IMG/VR virus record: IMGVR_UViG_3300042691_042003
Location: 182,082 to 246,081 of that record
Length of the DNA: 64,000 nucleotides
Reading direction: 5' to 3' (one strand)
Shown here: positions 32,753 to 44,233 of the stretch, piece after piece
How positions within the stretch are numbered: position 1 is the stretch's first letter
Layout: the number at the start of each line of letters is the position of its first letter
Made by a program: the position numbers and the translations under genes
The notes under the pieces: generated by a model
Database searches by the model: none
Told to the model about the DNA's origin: nothing
Seen by the model: only the letters and a program-made list of their open reading frames with translations

Positions 32753-33312
32753 TTAGAAGAAGAAAATTAAAAACAATCCAATACACAAAAGCCGCTATTA
32801 TACTTGCAATCGGCTTTACTTTTGGTAGACTCACTGCTTCTACTGAAGAAAAAGCTACTAAGCAAATCGAAACTCAAGTAGAAGATACTCTTCTTGCAAA
32901 AGAAAAAGTTACTCAAAAGGATCCTCCTTGCATACAAATGTATCATTACATTGAAAAGTATTCTCGTCAATACAAAATTCCTAGAAAGTATGCATATGGA
33001 ATAGCTTACAAAGAAACAACCTACTTAGGTCCTGATCATTTAAGCTATAATCCTTATCAAAAATCTTCTGCCGGTGCTTTAGGTCCTATGCAAATTATGC
33101 CAACTACGGCGGAACTCGTAAATGGCAAAAGACCTACATCTACTAAGCTTAAAAAGGATATTGAATTCAACGTTAAAACTTCGATGAAAATCCTTCGTAA
33201 GCTAAAAGATAAGCACAAAAATTGGAAAGTTGTATTCGGTGCTTATAATACTGGCCGGCCAATTGTTAATCGATATGCCGAAGAAGTTTATTGTTTTGTT
33301 CCTAATTGGTAA
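32749..33312 (+). CDS. Soluble lytic transglycosylase (SLT) with N-terminal TM
   Basis: GIAYKET catalytic Glu, SSAGALGPMQIMPTTA, NVKTSMKIL, FGAYNTG. Confidence 0.9.
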   Translation: MIRRRKLKTIQYTKAAIILAIGFTFGRLTASTEEKATKQIETQVEDTLLAKEKVTQKDPPCIQMYHYIEKYSRQYKIPRKYAYGIAYKETTYLGPDHLSYNPYQKSSAGALGPMQIMPTTAELVNGKRPTSTKLKKDIEFNVKTSMKILRKLKDKHKNWKVVFGAYNTGRPIVNRYAEEVYCFVPNW

Positions 33313-33361
33313 TCTTAAATTCAATCTTTACATATAATTCACAAATCAAATTTTTTTAATT

Positions 33362-33797
33362 ATGAATAATTTTTGGAAATTCATTCGTCAGTGGGGTCAT
33401 TTTGGATTCCTTGGTTTCGGTTCTCTCTACATGTATAACGGAGATTACGGTATGGCTTCAATGATGTTCGTTCTTTTTATCATCGATGAAGCTGCAAATC
33501 ACATCGAAGAAAAAATGAAGAACAATGGAAAGAGTTAAGCTTATCTGCTCTTTCATGGAATGGGACTGTTCTATGTTTAATGAAAGAGAAATAGACTTAA
33601 ATCATTTTTGTAAAGCATGGAACGTAGGAATCTCTACGTTCCTTTGCTCGGATTTAAGTAATGATGATGCAGCTTCTCTTTATTTTCGTTTGAAAAATAC
33701 GAGTCCTATTTTTACAATTGAAGGAAAAATCAATATTCTTACAGATATTATCGAATATCTTATGAATAGAAATATTAAGCCTAACCCATCAACATAG
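33362..33797 (+). other. Small membrane ORF 33362-33538 (58 aa, not in track) and hypothetical 33525-33797
   Basis: MNNFWKFIRQWGHFGFLGFGSLY... read from sequence. Confidence 0.5.
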
Positions 33798-33842
33798 ATT
33801 CAATCTAGTGCATCGAAGAATTACCGATAAGGATAATCATTT

Positions 33843-34607
33843 ATGAAAAAAATACTTTCAATAGGGGACATTCATGGATCAAATGCATGGAAGAGGAATT
33901 TTTTAGAAAAAGAAGGAAAAGTTGTTCTACAAGGACCTTCGATCGATAAGGTTATTTTTGTAGGTGATTATGTAGATTCTTTCTCTTATACTGATGAAGA
34001 AATTCGAGAAAATCTTCTTGAAATTATTGATTTCAAGCAAAGATATCCTGATCGAGTAATCCTTCTTATTGGAAATCATGATATACAATACATGAATCCT
34101 AGCTATAAAAGAAAATATTCTGGATATCGTTCTTCGATGATGCATGATCTGTATGATATTTTTAAGACTCATCGAAGCCTTTTTCAATTTTCTCATTTCG
34201 AAGAAGATATTGAAGGAGATCGAATTCTTTGGACTCATGCAGGTGTTACTAATAATTGGTATGGAGAACTTTTAATGGATGTAAGGCATGAAAATTATCG
34301 ATTTAGAGATCTATTCGAAGAAATTCTTAATAGAGATCATCGAATTGATGAGGTTCTTAATTTAGCTTTAGAAGTTAATCTTGATTTGATTTATAATGTA
34401 GATCAGGATTCAGGAGGAATTGATCTTAATGCTAGTCCTATTTGGGTAAGACCTGAAACTTTAATGAAAGATCCTATATTAAGTTACGATCAAGTAGTTG
34501 GTCACACTCCAATGAAAGATATCGAAGTTCGTCTTTCTAAATTAGAAACTGTTTACTTTATCGATACTCAAGAATACGGAAATAAATCTATTTTAATTTT
34601 ACCATAA
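33843..34607 (+). CDS. Calcineurin-like metallophosphoesterase
   Basis: GDIHG, GDYVD, GNHD, THAG, GHT. Confidence 0.9.
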   Translation: MKKILSIGDIHGSNAWKRNFLEKEGKVVLQGPSIDKVIFVGDYVDSFSYTDEEIRENLLEIIDFKQRYPDRVILLIGNHDIQYMNPSYKRKYSGYRSSMMHDLYDIFKTHRSLFQFSHFEEDIEGDRILWTHAGVTNNWYGELLMDVRHENYRFRDLFEEILNRDHRIDEVLNLALEVNLDLIYNVDQDSGGIDLNASPIWVRPETLMKDPILSYDQVVGHTPMKDIEVRLSKLETVYFIDTQEYGNKSILILP

Positions 34608-34722
34608 TGGAAAATCAAGGAAGGAATGAAGAAAATCTAAAATTTTCTAGAATGATGACAGCTGCTACAGGCTTCGGATTCTTTTTAATTTTAATCTTAA
34701 TTTTTGTTGCTAATTATTTCAA

Positions 34723-35229
34723 ATGAACTTTTTTACTGAAGCAAGGTATTTATATCGTAACACAATATTAGGGATTCGAAATCTGAAAGAATGGTTTCCT
34801 ATTATGTGGAAAGATCGAGATTGGGATAAAGATTATATTATGGACATTCTTATTTTTAAGTTAAAGAAGAATAGAGATTATATGGTTCGTCTCGGACATA
34901 CTTCTAATGAAAATAGCATTAGAACTATGACAGAATGTATAGATCTTCTAGAAAAAATTCATAATGAATGGGAAAATTACGAAGAGCCGGCATACAAAAA
35001 ACACGAAGAAAAATGGGGTAAATCTGATTTTTATACAGAGCCTTATTCAGAAAATCCAAAACTTTACGTCCTAAAAGATAGAAATGATGAAAGATATAAT
35101 CCTCAAGAAATAGAAGAAAAAAGAAAGGATTTTCTACTTGCTTCTAAAATAGGAGGTCATAAAAGAAAAAGAGATTTTCAACATGCTATGGAAATATTCG
35201 TAAATGAATTTGATTCCTGGTGGGATTAA
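34723..35229 (+). CDS. Hypothetical phage protein
   Basis: WFPIMWKDRDWD...WWD. Confidence 0.6.
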   Translation: MNFFTEARYLYRNTILGIRNLKEWFPIMWKDRDWDKDYIMDILIFKLKKNRDYMVRLGHTSNENSIRTMTECIDLLEKIHNEWENYEEPAYKKHEEKWGKSDFYTEPYSENPKLYVLKDRNDERYNPQEIEEKRKDFLLASKIGGHKRKRDFQHAMEIFVNEFDSWWD

Positions 35230-35247
35230 ATTTCGAATATATAACTT

Positions 35248-36114
35248 ATGGCATCTACTAATGATTTAGTCTATTTTGTAAATGGTCAATTTGTTGACCG
35301 AGCAGGGAGACCTATCAGTCTTTCTCGATATCTTAGTGGAATAGAAAGTGTTAGTAATACCCCTGGACCACAAGGAGAAATAGGACCCACTGGAAGAGTT
35401 GGAACTACTGGTGCTACAGGTGTTACTGGTGAAAAAGGAGAAAAGGGTGATCCTGGGATTCCTGGACCTCAAGGTCCCAGAGGAATTGCAGGAAGTATTA
35501 TAAATAATATTACAGTTATTGGAGGATCCGGAGGTTCTGGATCCATAGGTCCTACTGGACCTCAAGGTTTACAAGGACCTACAGGACCTGGTGGAGGTGG
35601 TTCAGGATCTCAAGGTGCAACTGGTCCTACCGGAATTCAAGGTTTAGATGGTGCAACTGGTCCTACCGGTCCTTTTATTAATGCAATATATACAGGATTT
35701 ACTGGTCAAACTTCGGTAACCGTATTTCATTACAGTGGATATTATCCAATAGTTCAAGTAATAGACGAAAATTCTGAGATTTTCTTCCCTGATTTAATTA
35801 AACATAATTCTTTATTTGATTATACTGTAGGATTTGATATTTCTTCTACTGGTACTATTATTACTGGAGGAGGAAATACAGGAGGAAGTATTTTTAATAT
35901 ATCAGGAGGTCCTACAGGGATAGGGATTCAAGGCGCAACAGGAAATACAGGACCTACCGGATTGGACGGTTCAACTGGTCCTACAGGAATAGGAATTCAA
36001 GGCTCAACTGGACCTACGGGAATAGGAATTCAAGGAGTAACAGGTCCTACTGGAACTGGAACAGGAACTGGATCTGATGTAGGAACTAATTTATACCTAT
36101 TCTTTAATTACTAA
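35248..36114 (+). CDS. Collagen-like structural protein
   Basis: G-X-Y/GPT repeats; shares module with 10617-13406. Confidence 0.8.
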   Translation: MASTNDLVYFVNGQFVDRAGRPISLSRYLSGIESVSNTPGPQGEIGPTGRVGTTGATGVTGEKGEKGDPGIPGPQGPRGIAGSIINNITVIGGSGGSGSIGPTGPQGLQGPTGPGGGGSGSQGATGPTGIQGLDGATGPTGPFINAIYTGFTGQTSVTVFHYSGYYPIVQVIDENSEIFFPDLIKHNSLFDYTVGFDISSTGTIITGGGNTGGSIFNISGGPTGIGIQGATGNTGPTGLDGSTGPTGIGIQGSTGPTGIGIQGVTGPTGTGTGTGSDVGTNLYLFFNY

Positions 36115-36131
36115 ATATCATATAAATAACT

Positions 36132-37572
36132 ATGGCAACTTCACCACAATTCGCAGCTACAGTAAAAACTCCATCGGTAGTTTTAAATACAACATCTCTA
36201 GGAGTAAGAACCAATGGAGCTACTGCAACCTCTCTTCTTATCACAGGGGCTTCTAGCGGAACTAAAGTAACTCAAATATCGGCTAAAGCACAAACATCAA
36301 ATACGGCAACACAAATCTTAATATTTCTTACCGATACTACTGGATCTTCGGCTACTGGTAGATTATTCGATGAAATAACTATGACTGCAGTGAATACTAG
36401 TACAACCTCGGTATCTTCAAGAATTGTTAATACTTATACCGATTTACAATTAGCTTCTGGGCAATCTATATTTGTAAGTTCTACGGTATCTACAGGTACA
36501 ACTGCAATAAATGTTTGGGCTTCTGCTGGAGATTTTTAATTATGTTCGGAGGATTTACTACGAGAAATAATTTCGGGTCTACTTCAGGACATTTTCCTAC
36601 TAGACCTTTAGGACAATTAGGAAATGTTAATGATTTTGCTCCTAGATTTATTGCTGCGGCAGGAATAACAGATAATACACAGCAAGCTGCCATTAATAAA
36701 CTTTGTGTTGATTTAGTTGATTCTGGTCTCATGGATAAAATGTATGCAGTTTATCCATTTGTTGGAGGAAATTCGACAGCACATTCTTTTAACCTGAAAG
36801 ACCCTAGAGATGCGAATTCAGCTTATAGATTGACTTTTAGTGGAGGAATGACTCATAGTTCTACTGGTGTTCAATTTGGTGGAGTAAATGGTACCGCAAA
36901 CCCTTGGTTCAATCCTGTACATTTTGGTGTAAATAACAATTGCCATATGAGTTTTTATTCAAGAACACAAAATTCTACTACTGGATATGAATGGGGATAT
37001 AACAATGCTATAATTATTATTTGTAGTTATGCAGGACAAAATTCAGCATATGGAGGATTTGGTACTCTTATACCCGTGGCAAATACAAACACTAGAGGTT
37101 TATTTGTTAATAATTCTCTCACAAATGTCGCTCTTTTTAGAAATGGTTCTCAATTAAGCAATACAACTACTGCAACTATCAATCTTAATATTGTGTCTCA
37201 AGCTTACAATCTAACATTAGGTTCTGATAATAGAGGTTCTCCTATAGAGTTTTCAACAAAAGAATGTGCTTTTGCATCAATAGGTCAAGGATTAACTACA
37301 GCAGAACATCAAACATTCTATACAATAGTTCAAGCATATCAAACAGCATTAGGAAGACAAGTATGATAGTATATCAATTAACAGAACAGCAAAAAAATGA
37401 ATTAGTAGGTCAATTCTTTGCACCAGCTTCTATGTTCAATCCAATCCAAGACGAAAATGGTATTTGGATAATATCTTCTCAAGAAGTAGAACAATGTATT
37501 GTAGAAGAATTTATGTGGATTAAAAATCTTCCTATGATAGAATATGTTCCAATTATAAATTCTTTCATATAA
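36132..37572 (+). other. Three probable virion-associated genes (36132-36539, 36542-37366, 37363-37572)
   Basis: T/S-rich; TATAAATA at 36121; starts reassigned to 36542 and 37363. Confidence 0.55.
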
Positions 37573-37590
37573 TAATCAAATATATAATAT

Positions 37591-38804
37591 ATGGAAACAC
37601 AAATATACGATACTCTAGTTTTAGAGATTCAAAAAGAAGGAAAAGGTCTTGCTTCAATCTCAATCAGAGAGCAAGATTTAAAACATATTATCGAAACAAC
37701 CGAATATTCCGAAGGTGATATTTTAGAAGATATGTTATCTCAAATGGTTGAAGGCCTTTCCGAAAAAAATTCGGAAGAAGTTGAAGAACAAGTGGATAAT
37801 AAGGACACCTCTAATTCTTAGTCTTCTCATAATCACATCATGTTATAGTGATTGTAAGATGTGTGTTACTGAAGTGATTTTAGATGCTATGGATTTTCAT
37901 AGCACTGAATATCCTAAAAGAACATTAACACCTTTTGAATCATGTCATGGAGTAAGAGATTATACAACGATAGATACCATAGAATTATCAAATGGTTATC
38001 ATGTAGTTAAAACCATGAAGGTAACTTGTCCTTAATATGTTAATAACTTTCGCAAATAAATTTTTTTATTTGCGATTCTTTTTTTATATTAGCATAAAAT
38101 AAATTATATGGGTACAAATTATTATCGAATCCCTACTCACGAAGAAGTAGAAAACCGAAAAGCCGAACTTATCGAATCCGTCCAGAATCTTCCTATCGAT
38201 CCAGCAAGTATTGAACGAGGATTTTCCGAATATGAAGAAGGGTCTTGGGAATCTTATTCTCCTTGGACTAGATTTACAAAGGACTTAAGCATCCACTTAG
38301 GTAAACGTAGTTCAGGTTGGAGATTTTGTTGGAATTTTCATCATAACGAGTATTACTCTAATAAAGAAGAACTTCTTCAATTTATTCGAACCGGTAGAGT
38401 CGTTGATGAATATGGACAAGAAATTCCAATCGAAGAATTTATCGAGATGGCACTTAACTGGTGTCCAAATGGTTTAATCGGCAATAAAGAATATCATTTA
38501 AAAAATCCAAATTCATATTCATTCGTTACTGAATCAACTTACGATAGAGAAATAGAAGGTCTTAGAGTTTCATCAACATCAGAATTTTGCTAATATGTCA
38601 TTTAATAGAAGAACTTATACCGAATCGAATATTCGAAGAACTGCTAAAGATAGCACGTTTAAAGAATTTGAACGTTGGATGTGTAATGGTGACGCTGCTA
38701 CACTCGACGATACATTTGCATCCATGATACATGGTATGTTTTTTAAAGCAACAAATATCGAAAGAAAAGAAATTTACGAACAGATTAAGAACGACGAAAT
38801 ATGA
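37591..38804 (+). other. Hypothetical genes 37591-37821, ~37748-38035, 38108-38593, 38595-38804
   Basis: ORF track; promoter core TTTTATATTAGC before 38108. Confidence 0.5.
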
Positions 38805-39571
38805 ATTTGAAAAAGCCAATTGTCTTCTTCGATATCGAAACTACCGGTCTAGATAAGAAAGAAGATCGAATAATCGAGATTTATCTTCTTAAGAAAAATC
38901 CTAACGGATCGGATGAAGAATTTTATTCTCGATTTAATCCTTATCCCGTTTTTGTTTCTCAAGGTGCTTATGAAGTTCATGGAATTTCTACTAAAGATCT
39001 AGAAAACGAACCTTCATTTTCAGAAAAGGCTAAAGAGATAATTGACTTTATAGGTGATTCAGATCTTGCAGGTTATAACATTTTATTCTTCGACATGCCA
39101 ATGATTTTCGAAGAGCTCTTCAGATGTAAAATTCTTTTTGATTGGAAGAAACGTAGAATTCTAGATTCTTATCGGATATGGACTCATTATGAATCAAGAT
39201 CTCTCGGTGGTGCAGTTAAGAAATTTCTAGGAAAAGAAATTCTAAATGCTCATCAAGCAAAAGCCGATGTAGAAGCAACTGCAGATATTTTCTTTAAACA
39301 AATGGAAATGTGGTTTCCTGAAGAAGATCTAAGTGAAGTTTCTGAATTGACTACCGAATTATCGTCTAGGGTAGATCTTTCGGGAAAACTTAAAAAAGAT
39401 TCAGAAGGCGATGTAATATTCACTTTCGGAAAACATAATAACAAAAAAGTATCTACTGTACTTACCGAGGATCCATCTTACTTAAGTTGGTTTATTTCTA
39501 ATTCCGATTTTCCTTCGGATTCTCGTTTTGAAGTAAGAAAAATTTATTTTAGTTTAACAAACAATGGATAA
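38801..39571 (+). CDS. DEDDh 3'-5' exonuclease (DnaQ/epsilon-like)
   Basis: FFDIETTGLD, GYNILFFD, AHQAKADVEAT; C-terminal FTFGKH..K. Confidence 0.9.
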   Translation: MNLKKPIVFFDIETTGLDKKEDRIIEIYLLKKNPNGSDEEFYSRFNPYPVFVSQGAYEVHGISTKDLENEPSFSEKAKEIIDFIGDSDLAGYNILFFDMPMIFEELFRCKILFDWKKRRILDSYRIWTHYESRSLGGAVKKFLGKEILNAHQAKADVEATADIFFKQMEMWFPEEDLSEVSELTTELSSRVDLSGKLKKDSEGDVIFTFGKHNNKKVSTVLTEDPSYLSWFISNSDFPSDSRFEVRKIYFSLTNNG

Positions 39572-39893
39572 TATAGAATTAGAAATGAGCAATACAGAAA
39601 GAATTGAAATGCCTAAACCTAAAGTAAAACCTGCTTTTTGCTATCGAGGCTCTTTCGGAGATGAGCCCTGGGGAATTACTATAGTTAATTCAGGATGGCA
39701 AGGAATGTATCACGTAATCTTAGAATTTGGAGATACTGAAGATTATAAGCATAAATTTATGGATCTTCATGAAATAGAAAGAGAATATGGTCTAAAAATA
39801 GAAGATATTGATATGAAGCAATTCTCTTATCGATATCCAAACGATCACGACTTCGGAAGGGCAATTAGAAATAAAATACATGGAATTATTTAA
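39564..39893 (+). CDS. Hypothetical protein
   Basis: ORF track. Confidence 0.5.
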   Translation: MDNIELEMSNTERIEMPKPKVKPAFCYRGSFGDEPWGITIVNSGWQGMYHVILEFGDTEDYKHKFMDLHEIEREYGLKIEDIDMKQFSYRYPNDHDFGRAIRNKIHGII

Positions 39894-40980
39894 AAGTATA
39901 CAATGTGCCGATACTCGATATCATTCTATCGAGCAATATTGGTGGATTCATAATGATACAGTCCCATGTATTTGGGAAGCTAATGATATATCAGTTCCTA
40001 GAAAAAAAATTGATAAATGGATCTTAGAGAATTTTGATGTAATTGCTGAATTTTCTTCATTTACTGATCCGAAAAAATTTATGGACGTAAATGAATTTTT
40101 TGCTTCTCCAAAAGAATTAAATCCTAGATTTAAAGGAAAAATCTTAGTTCGTTTTAGAAAAGATGGAGAAATAAATAAAGAAGATCTATACGATATTCGA
40201 TTCCTTTGGAACAATACGGATCCTAATATTGATTTATGTGCCAAAAAACATATTGAACAAGCCTCAAAGCTAATAACATATAAGGCTAATAAGTCTAAGC
40301 TTCATATGGTTATTGCCGATGATTCTGGTTTAGATTTACGACCTTTTGATATCAATGTCCCTGAATTGGATATCGAACTAAATTATGGAAAGGAATGGGC
40401 AGAAAAGCACGATTACCTAATTGAAGTTCTAAGTCGAGAAACGAAGAAAGGAATTGCTCTTCTTCATGGAATTCCAGGATCAGGTAAATCAATGTATATT
40501 CGATATCTGATTTCTTTACTTTCGAAGAAGAGAACTCTCGTTTACGTTCCTAATCAGCTTATCAATTCAATAACTGATCCTGCTTTTATTCCTCTTATGG
40601 CTGATTATCCTAATTCGATTCTGATTATTGAAGATGCTGAAGAAGCAATAAAATCGAGAAAACAAGGAGGAACAACCGTAGATAAGCTTCTAAATCTTTC
40701 GGATGGAATTATTTCGGATTTTCTAGGAACTCAAATCATTTGTACTTTTAATAATTCTCTTTCTGATATAGATGAAGCTCTTCTTCGTAGAGGAAGATTA
40801 ATTTTAAAGCATGAATTCGGTAAGCTTGAAGCAGAACAAGCTCAGAAGCTTTCTAATAAACTAGGATTTACTACAATCATAGATAAACCGATGACTCTTA
40901 CTGAAATATACAACCAAAACGATAAGTTTACAGAAGATAAAGAAGATAAAACAAGAATAGGATTTTATAAGACGAAATAA
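39880..40980 (+). CDS. AAA+ ATPase
   Basis: Walker A GIPGSGKS, Walker B LIIEDAE, LLNLSDG, DEALLRRGRL. Confidence 0.9.
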   Translation: MELFKSIQCADTRYHSIEQYWWIHNDTVPCIWEANDISVPRKKIDKWILENFDVIAEFSSFTDPKKFMDVNEFFASPKELNPRFKGKILVRFRKDGEINKEDLYDIRFLWNNTDPNIDLCAKKHIEQASKLITYKANKSKLHMVIADDSGLDLRPFDINVPELDIELNYGKEWAEKHDYLIEVLSRETKKGIALLHGIPGSGKSMYIRYLISLLSKKRTLVYVPNQLINSITDPAFIPLMADYPNSILIIEDAEEAIKSRKQGGTTVDKLLNLSDGIISDFLGTQIICTFNNSLSDIDEALLRRGRLILKHEFGKLEAEQAQKLSNKLGFTTIIDKPMTLTEIYNQNDKFTEDKEDKTRIGFYKTK

Positions 40981-41052
40981 TGTTAATAATTTAATCAAAT
41001 TAATTTTTTTCTTTTGAATTATTTTATTATATTTGTATAAATCTTATCAAAT
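40981..41052 (+). promoter_or_regulatory. Bacteroidota-type promoter
   Basis: TATATTTG at 41028-41035. Confidence 0.65.
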
Positions 41053-42018
41053 ATGGAAAAACCTCTTTCTTCACGTATCGGTTATCCTTGTATCAATCTA
41101 ACTCTACAAGAATCCGAAGGCATCTACACAAATCGTCACGTAATTAAACGAACCTATCAAGCTCAAAAGGAAACAAATCATGTCGTTTCTAAATTAGCTC
41201 TTGAAAATTGTAAGGATCTCGTAAAAATCATTCAATGGAACGAACGAAAAGGAATTAAATTCTTTCGTATCTCTTCAAATATGTTTCCTTGGATGTCCGA
41301 ATATGAAATTACCGATTTACCTGATTGGAAATTGATCAGCGCTAATCTAAAACTTGCAGGTAAGTTAGCAACCGAGTATGGTCAACGTCTAGAATTTCAT
41401 CCAGGTCCTTTTAATGTTATTGCTTCTCTAAACGGTTTTATTGTAAAGAAAACTGTTAAAGAACTTAATCAGCATGCACAAATTTTCGACGAAATGGGTC
41501 TCGAACCTTCTCATTGGAATCAAATTAATATTCACGTAAATACAACTCAAGGAGGTAAAGAAGAATCTGCAAAAAGATTCTGTAAAAATTTCCAAAAACT
41601 TTCTGATTCAGCTAAAGCTCGACTTGTTGTCGAAAATGACGATAAAGCTTCTCAATATTCTGTAGTCGATCTTTACGAAATGATTTATAAAGAAATTGGT
41701 GTTCCTATTACTTTCGATTCTCATCATCATAAATTCTGTAGTGGTAATCTTTCTCATGAAGAAGCTGCTAGGTTAGCTGCATCTACTTGGGGTAATATTC
41801 CTGCAGGGTTTCATTTCGCTTCTACAATTAATCACGAATCTCCTAAACAAATGGCTCGAGCACATGCAACTTGGGTTTACGATGAAATCTCTGATTATGG
41901 AACTGGTGCTTGGATTATGTGTGAATGTAAAGGTAAAGAACTCGCTATACTCGAATATCTCAATGAAGGAAAAAGAAATTCAGAATTTATCGAAAACTTT
42001 GAATTGGTTTTGTCATAA
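41053..42018 (+). CDS. uvsE: UV damage endonuclease
   Basis: IGYPCIN, FFRISS, RLEFHPGPF, LVVENDD, ITFDSHHH, HA, MCECKGKE. Confidence 0.92.
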   Translation: MEKPLSSRIGYPCINLTLQESEGIYTNRHVIKRTYQAQKETNHVVSKLALENCKDLVKIIQWNERKGIKFFRISSNMFPWMSEYEITDLPDWKLISANLKLAGKLATEYGQRLEFHPGPFNVIASLNGFIVKKTVKELNQHAQIFDEMGLEPSHWNQINIHVNTTQGGKEESAKRFCKNFQKLSDSAKARLVVENDDKASQYSVVDLYEMIYKEIGVPITFDSHHHKFCSGNLSHEEAARLAASTWGNIPAGFHFASTINHESPKQMARAHATWVYDEISDYGTGAWIMCECKGKELAILEYLNEGKRNSEFIENFELVLS

Positions 42019-42025
42019 TATAAAT

Positions 42026-42205
42026 ATGGAAGAAAATATTGACATCCTCGAAGAATTAAATGTTGCCGAATCTATTTTAAAGATTGCTTCAAAGAATGGT
42101 TTAGAACCGGAAATATTTGTATTTGCTGTAAAAGCAATGAAAGAAAATCCTAATCTTTCTATAATTGAAGCAATGTACGAAGGATTTGATGAATGGATTA
42201 AATAA
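42026..42205 (+). CDS. Small hypothetical protein
   Basis: Start reassigned to ATG 42026 after TATAAATA. Confidence 0.5.
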   Translation: MEENIDILEELNVAESILKIASKNGLEPEIFVFAVKAMKENPNLSIIEAMYEGFDEWIK

Positions 42206-42702
42206 TGTTACACGGTCAAAAAGTAATTTTCGTTTCGATTGTAGATAATCAATCGAAAACTGTTTCGAATCTACGATACAGAATATGGCATCATGAAGTT
42301 TTGGTTAAAGATATTCTTAATCGAAAAAATGCAATTATCGGTAGAAAAACATACGAAATGACTCGGTGGAAAGGACCTAAAACCTGGATTCTTACTAGAA
42401 ATAAAAATCTTAAGAAACCTGGAGTAGGAATAATTCACGACATAGATGATCTTCATCTACATACTGAAGGAGATATTTTTGTTTTAGGTGGTTCTTCTCT
42501 TTTTAAAATTTTCGAAGAATATGTAGATGAAATTCATATGTATGTTCTAAATAATAAAGAAGGAAAAGAAGATTGGATATCTCTTAAGATGTCTAATTGG
42601 TTACCTAGAAATTACACAAACGAATATATTTGGTCATATGCTCATCTTCAAAGAAGAGAAGAAATTGATCCAATTGAACTTATTAAAAATTTATTTGAAT
42701 GA
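42205..42702 (+). CDS. Dihydrofolate reductase-like protein (divergent)
   Basis: NAIIGRKTYE, ILTRN, IFVLGGSSLF, VDEIHM. Confidence 0.7.
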   Translation: MLHGQKVIFVSIVDNQSKTVSNLRYRIWHHEVLVKDILNRKNAIIGRKTYEMTRWKGPKTWILTRNKNLKKPGVGIIHDIDDLHLHTEGDIFVLGGSSLFKIFEEYVDEIHMYVLNNKEGKEDWISLKMSNWLPRNYTNEYIWSYAHLQRREEIDPIELIKNLFE

Positions 42703-42956
42703 AAAAGAAAACAGAAAGAATTGAGTATAACTCTTCATCGGTAAATAGCTCTATTTATAATTTCGAAACAAAAGAGCTAATAATCTATTTCCAAACAAAA
42801 ACAGGATATAGCTACGAAAATGTTGAATTAGAAGATTACATCGGATTTTCTCAAGCAGAATCTATAGGAAAATCTTTTAATCAATTCATCAGAAATAAGT
42901 ATGAAACAAAAAAATTCGAAGGATATGAAGAACTCAAAGAAACTTTCTCCGTCTGA
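42699..42956 (+). CDS. KTSC domain protein
   Basis: SSSVNSSIYNFETKELIIYF..G..YSYENV....F..AESIGKSFNQFIR. Confidence 0.85.
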   Translation: MKKKTERIEYNSSSVNSSIYNFETKELIIYFQTKTGYSYENVELEDYIGFSQAESIGKSFNQFIRNKYETKKFEGYEELKETFSV

Positions 42957-43197
42957 AATAGAAAAAATTAAATCATTTATCTCTAAATATTCTAATCTAA
43001 ATGATAAAGTCCTTTCAGTAGAAAAAAGATTAAATTCATTAGAAGAAGAAAAAATAAAAATCATGAATGAAAGTAAAAGTCTACATGAAGAGATAAATAA
43101 AGTGAGAAAACAAGAAGATTCCTTTCGAAATAAGTTATTAACAAAGTATGGAGAATTCGAATTAAATCTTGAAACTTTTGAAATAAAACAATCATAA
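42901..43197 (+). CDS. Coiled-coil hypothetical protein
   Basis: ...L..KYGEFELNLETFEI. Confidence 0.55.
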   Translation: MKQKNSKDMKNSKKLSPSEIEKIKSFISKYSNLNDKVLSVEKRLNSLEEEKIKIMNESKSLHEEINKVRKQEDSFRNKLLTKYGEFELNLETFEIKQS

Positions 43198-43225
43198 AAT
43201 AAACAAACAATTTAATAAAACAAAA

Positions 43226-43402
43226 ATGAAAAAATCTATTTTTATCCTCGCTCTCGTTTCGGTAATTGGTCTTTCATCTTGTACTAGTGAAAAGAAATGC
43301 GAAAATTGCACTACCGATTCAACTGCGGTAATCACTGATTCTACTTCTACCGATTCAACTTCTTGCTGCACGGATTCTTTATCTGTTGACAGTGTAAAAT
43401 AA
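43226..43402 (+). CDS. 58-aa lipoprotein with repeated D-S/T motifs (not in ORF track)
   Basis: MKKSIFILALVSVIGLSSC-TSEKKCENCTTDSTAVITDSTSTDSTSCCTDSLSVDSVK*. Confidence 0.7.
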   Translation: MKKSIFILALVSVIGLSSCTSEKKCENCTTDSTAVITDSTSTDSTSCCTDSLSVDSVK

Positions 43403-43408
43403 AAAACT

Positions 43409-43806
43409 GGGCCCGACTTGGAATTGATTTACGATACATTTTTTTCGTATGCAAGCAGAGTTAGTTGGAAACTCTTAAATAACCTAACAGAATTTTAAAT
43501 GGCGAATCTTTCGTTAATGCAGACGGCAAAGTGTTCTATATGGACACTACTGCTGTTTCTTATGATGAGCCTGTCTTAATGGCAGCCTAATCAGTCGTGC
43601 GGTAACAGCCGATCCTTAAAACAAAGTTACAACCTGCGGTTCCGTTAGAGGTGCTACCCATTTAAGTGAACCTCCCACAATTGCAAGTGACAATGGAAAA
43701 ATAGGAACTTGATATTTTGTTTATTTAGAAAAATAAACTAAGCTTGTGAATGAGTGCATTAAAATGATTGGGAAAGACATGGGTTCGAATCCCATCGGGT
43801 CCACCA
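43409..43806 (+). ncRNA. ssrA: tmRNA (phage-encoded)
   Basis: 5' GGGCCCGACTTGGAATTGA, 3' ATGGG-TTCGAAT-CCCAT-CGGGTCC-ACCA with G3:U70; tag ORF 43501-43590 GESFVNADGKVFYMDTTAVSYDEPVLMAA*. Confidence 0.92.
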
Positions 43807-43817
43807 AAATTTAAATT

Positions 43818-44192
43818 ATGGAATATTTAGGAATAATTATAGCTAGCTCTCTAGGAACTGCTCTAGTATTTATTTGTATTTATGCTTACATGCAATACAA
43901 AGAATTAAATGATAAGGTAGATATTCAAGATAACTTTCTTAGAAATCTAAGAAAAGATGTAGAAAATTTATATCTTCAACTTGAAAGAACTGAAGATGCT
44001 TTTCAAAACGATATCCGAAGACATATTGAAGATCTTAGAGAAGACTTTAATCATAAAGCCGACGATCTAAGTAATAAGAATATGTTTGATTATCTTAATC
44101 AGGCCTCTTCATTTTTTAATTCTTTTGTAGATAAAAGCGTTTCTTCTAAACCTAATAAAGGAAGGTCTAATAGAAATTCAGAAGAAGATTAA
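43818..44192 (+). CDS. N-terminally anchored coiled-coil membrane protein
   Basis: Hydrophobic N-terminus then coiled coil. Confidence 0.55.
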   Translation: MEYLGIIIASSLGTALVFICIYAYMQYKELNDKVDIQDNFLRNLRKDVENLYLQLERTEDAFQNDIRRHIEDLREDFNHKADDLSNKNMFDYLNQASSFFNSFVDKSVSSKPNKGRSNRNSEED

Positions 44193-44233
44193 TATCATTT
44201 ACTTCCTTTGATAAATATCTAAAAAGGAAGTAA

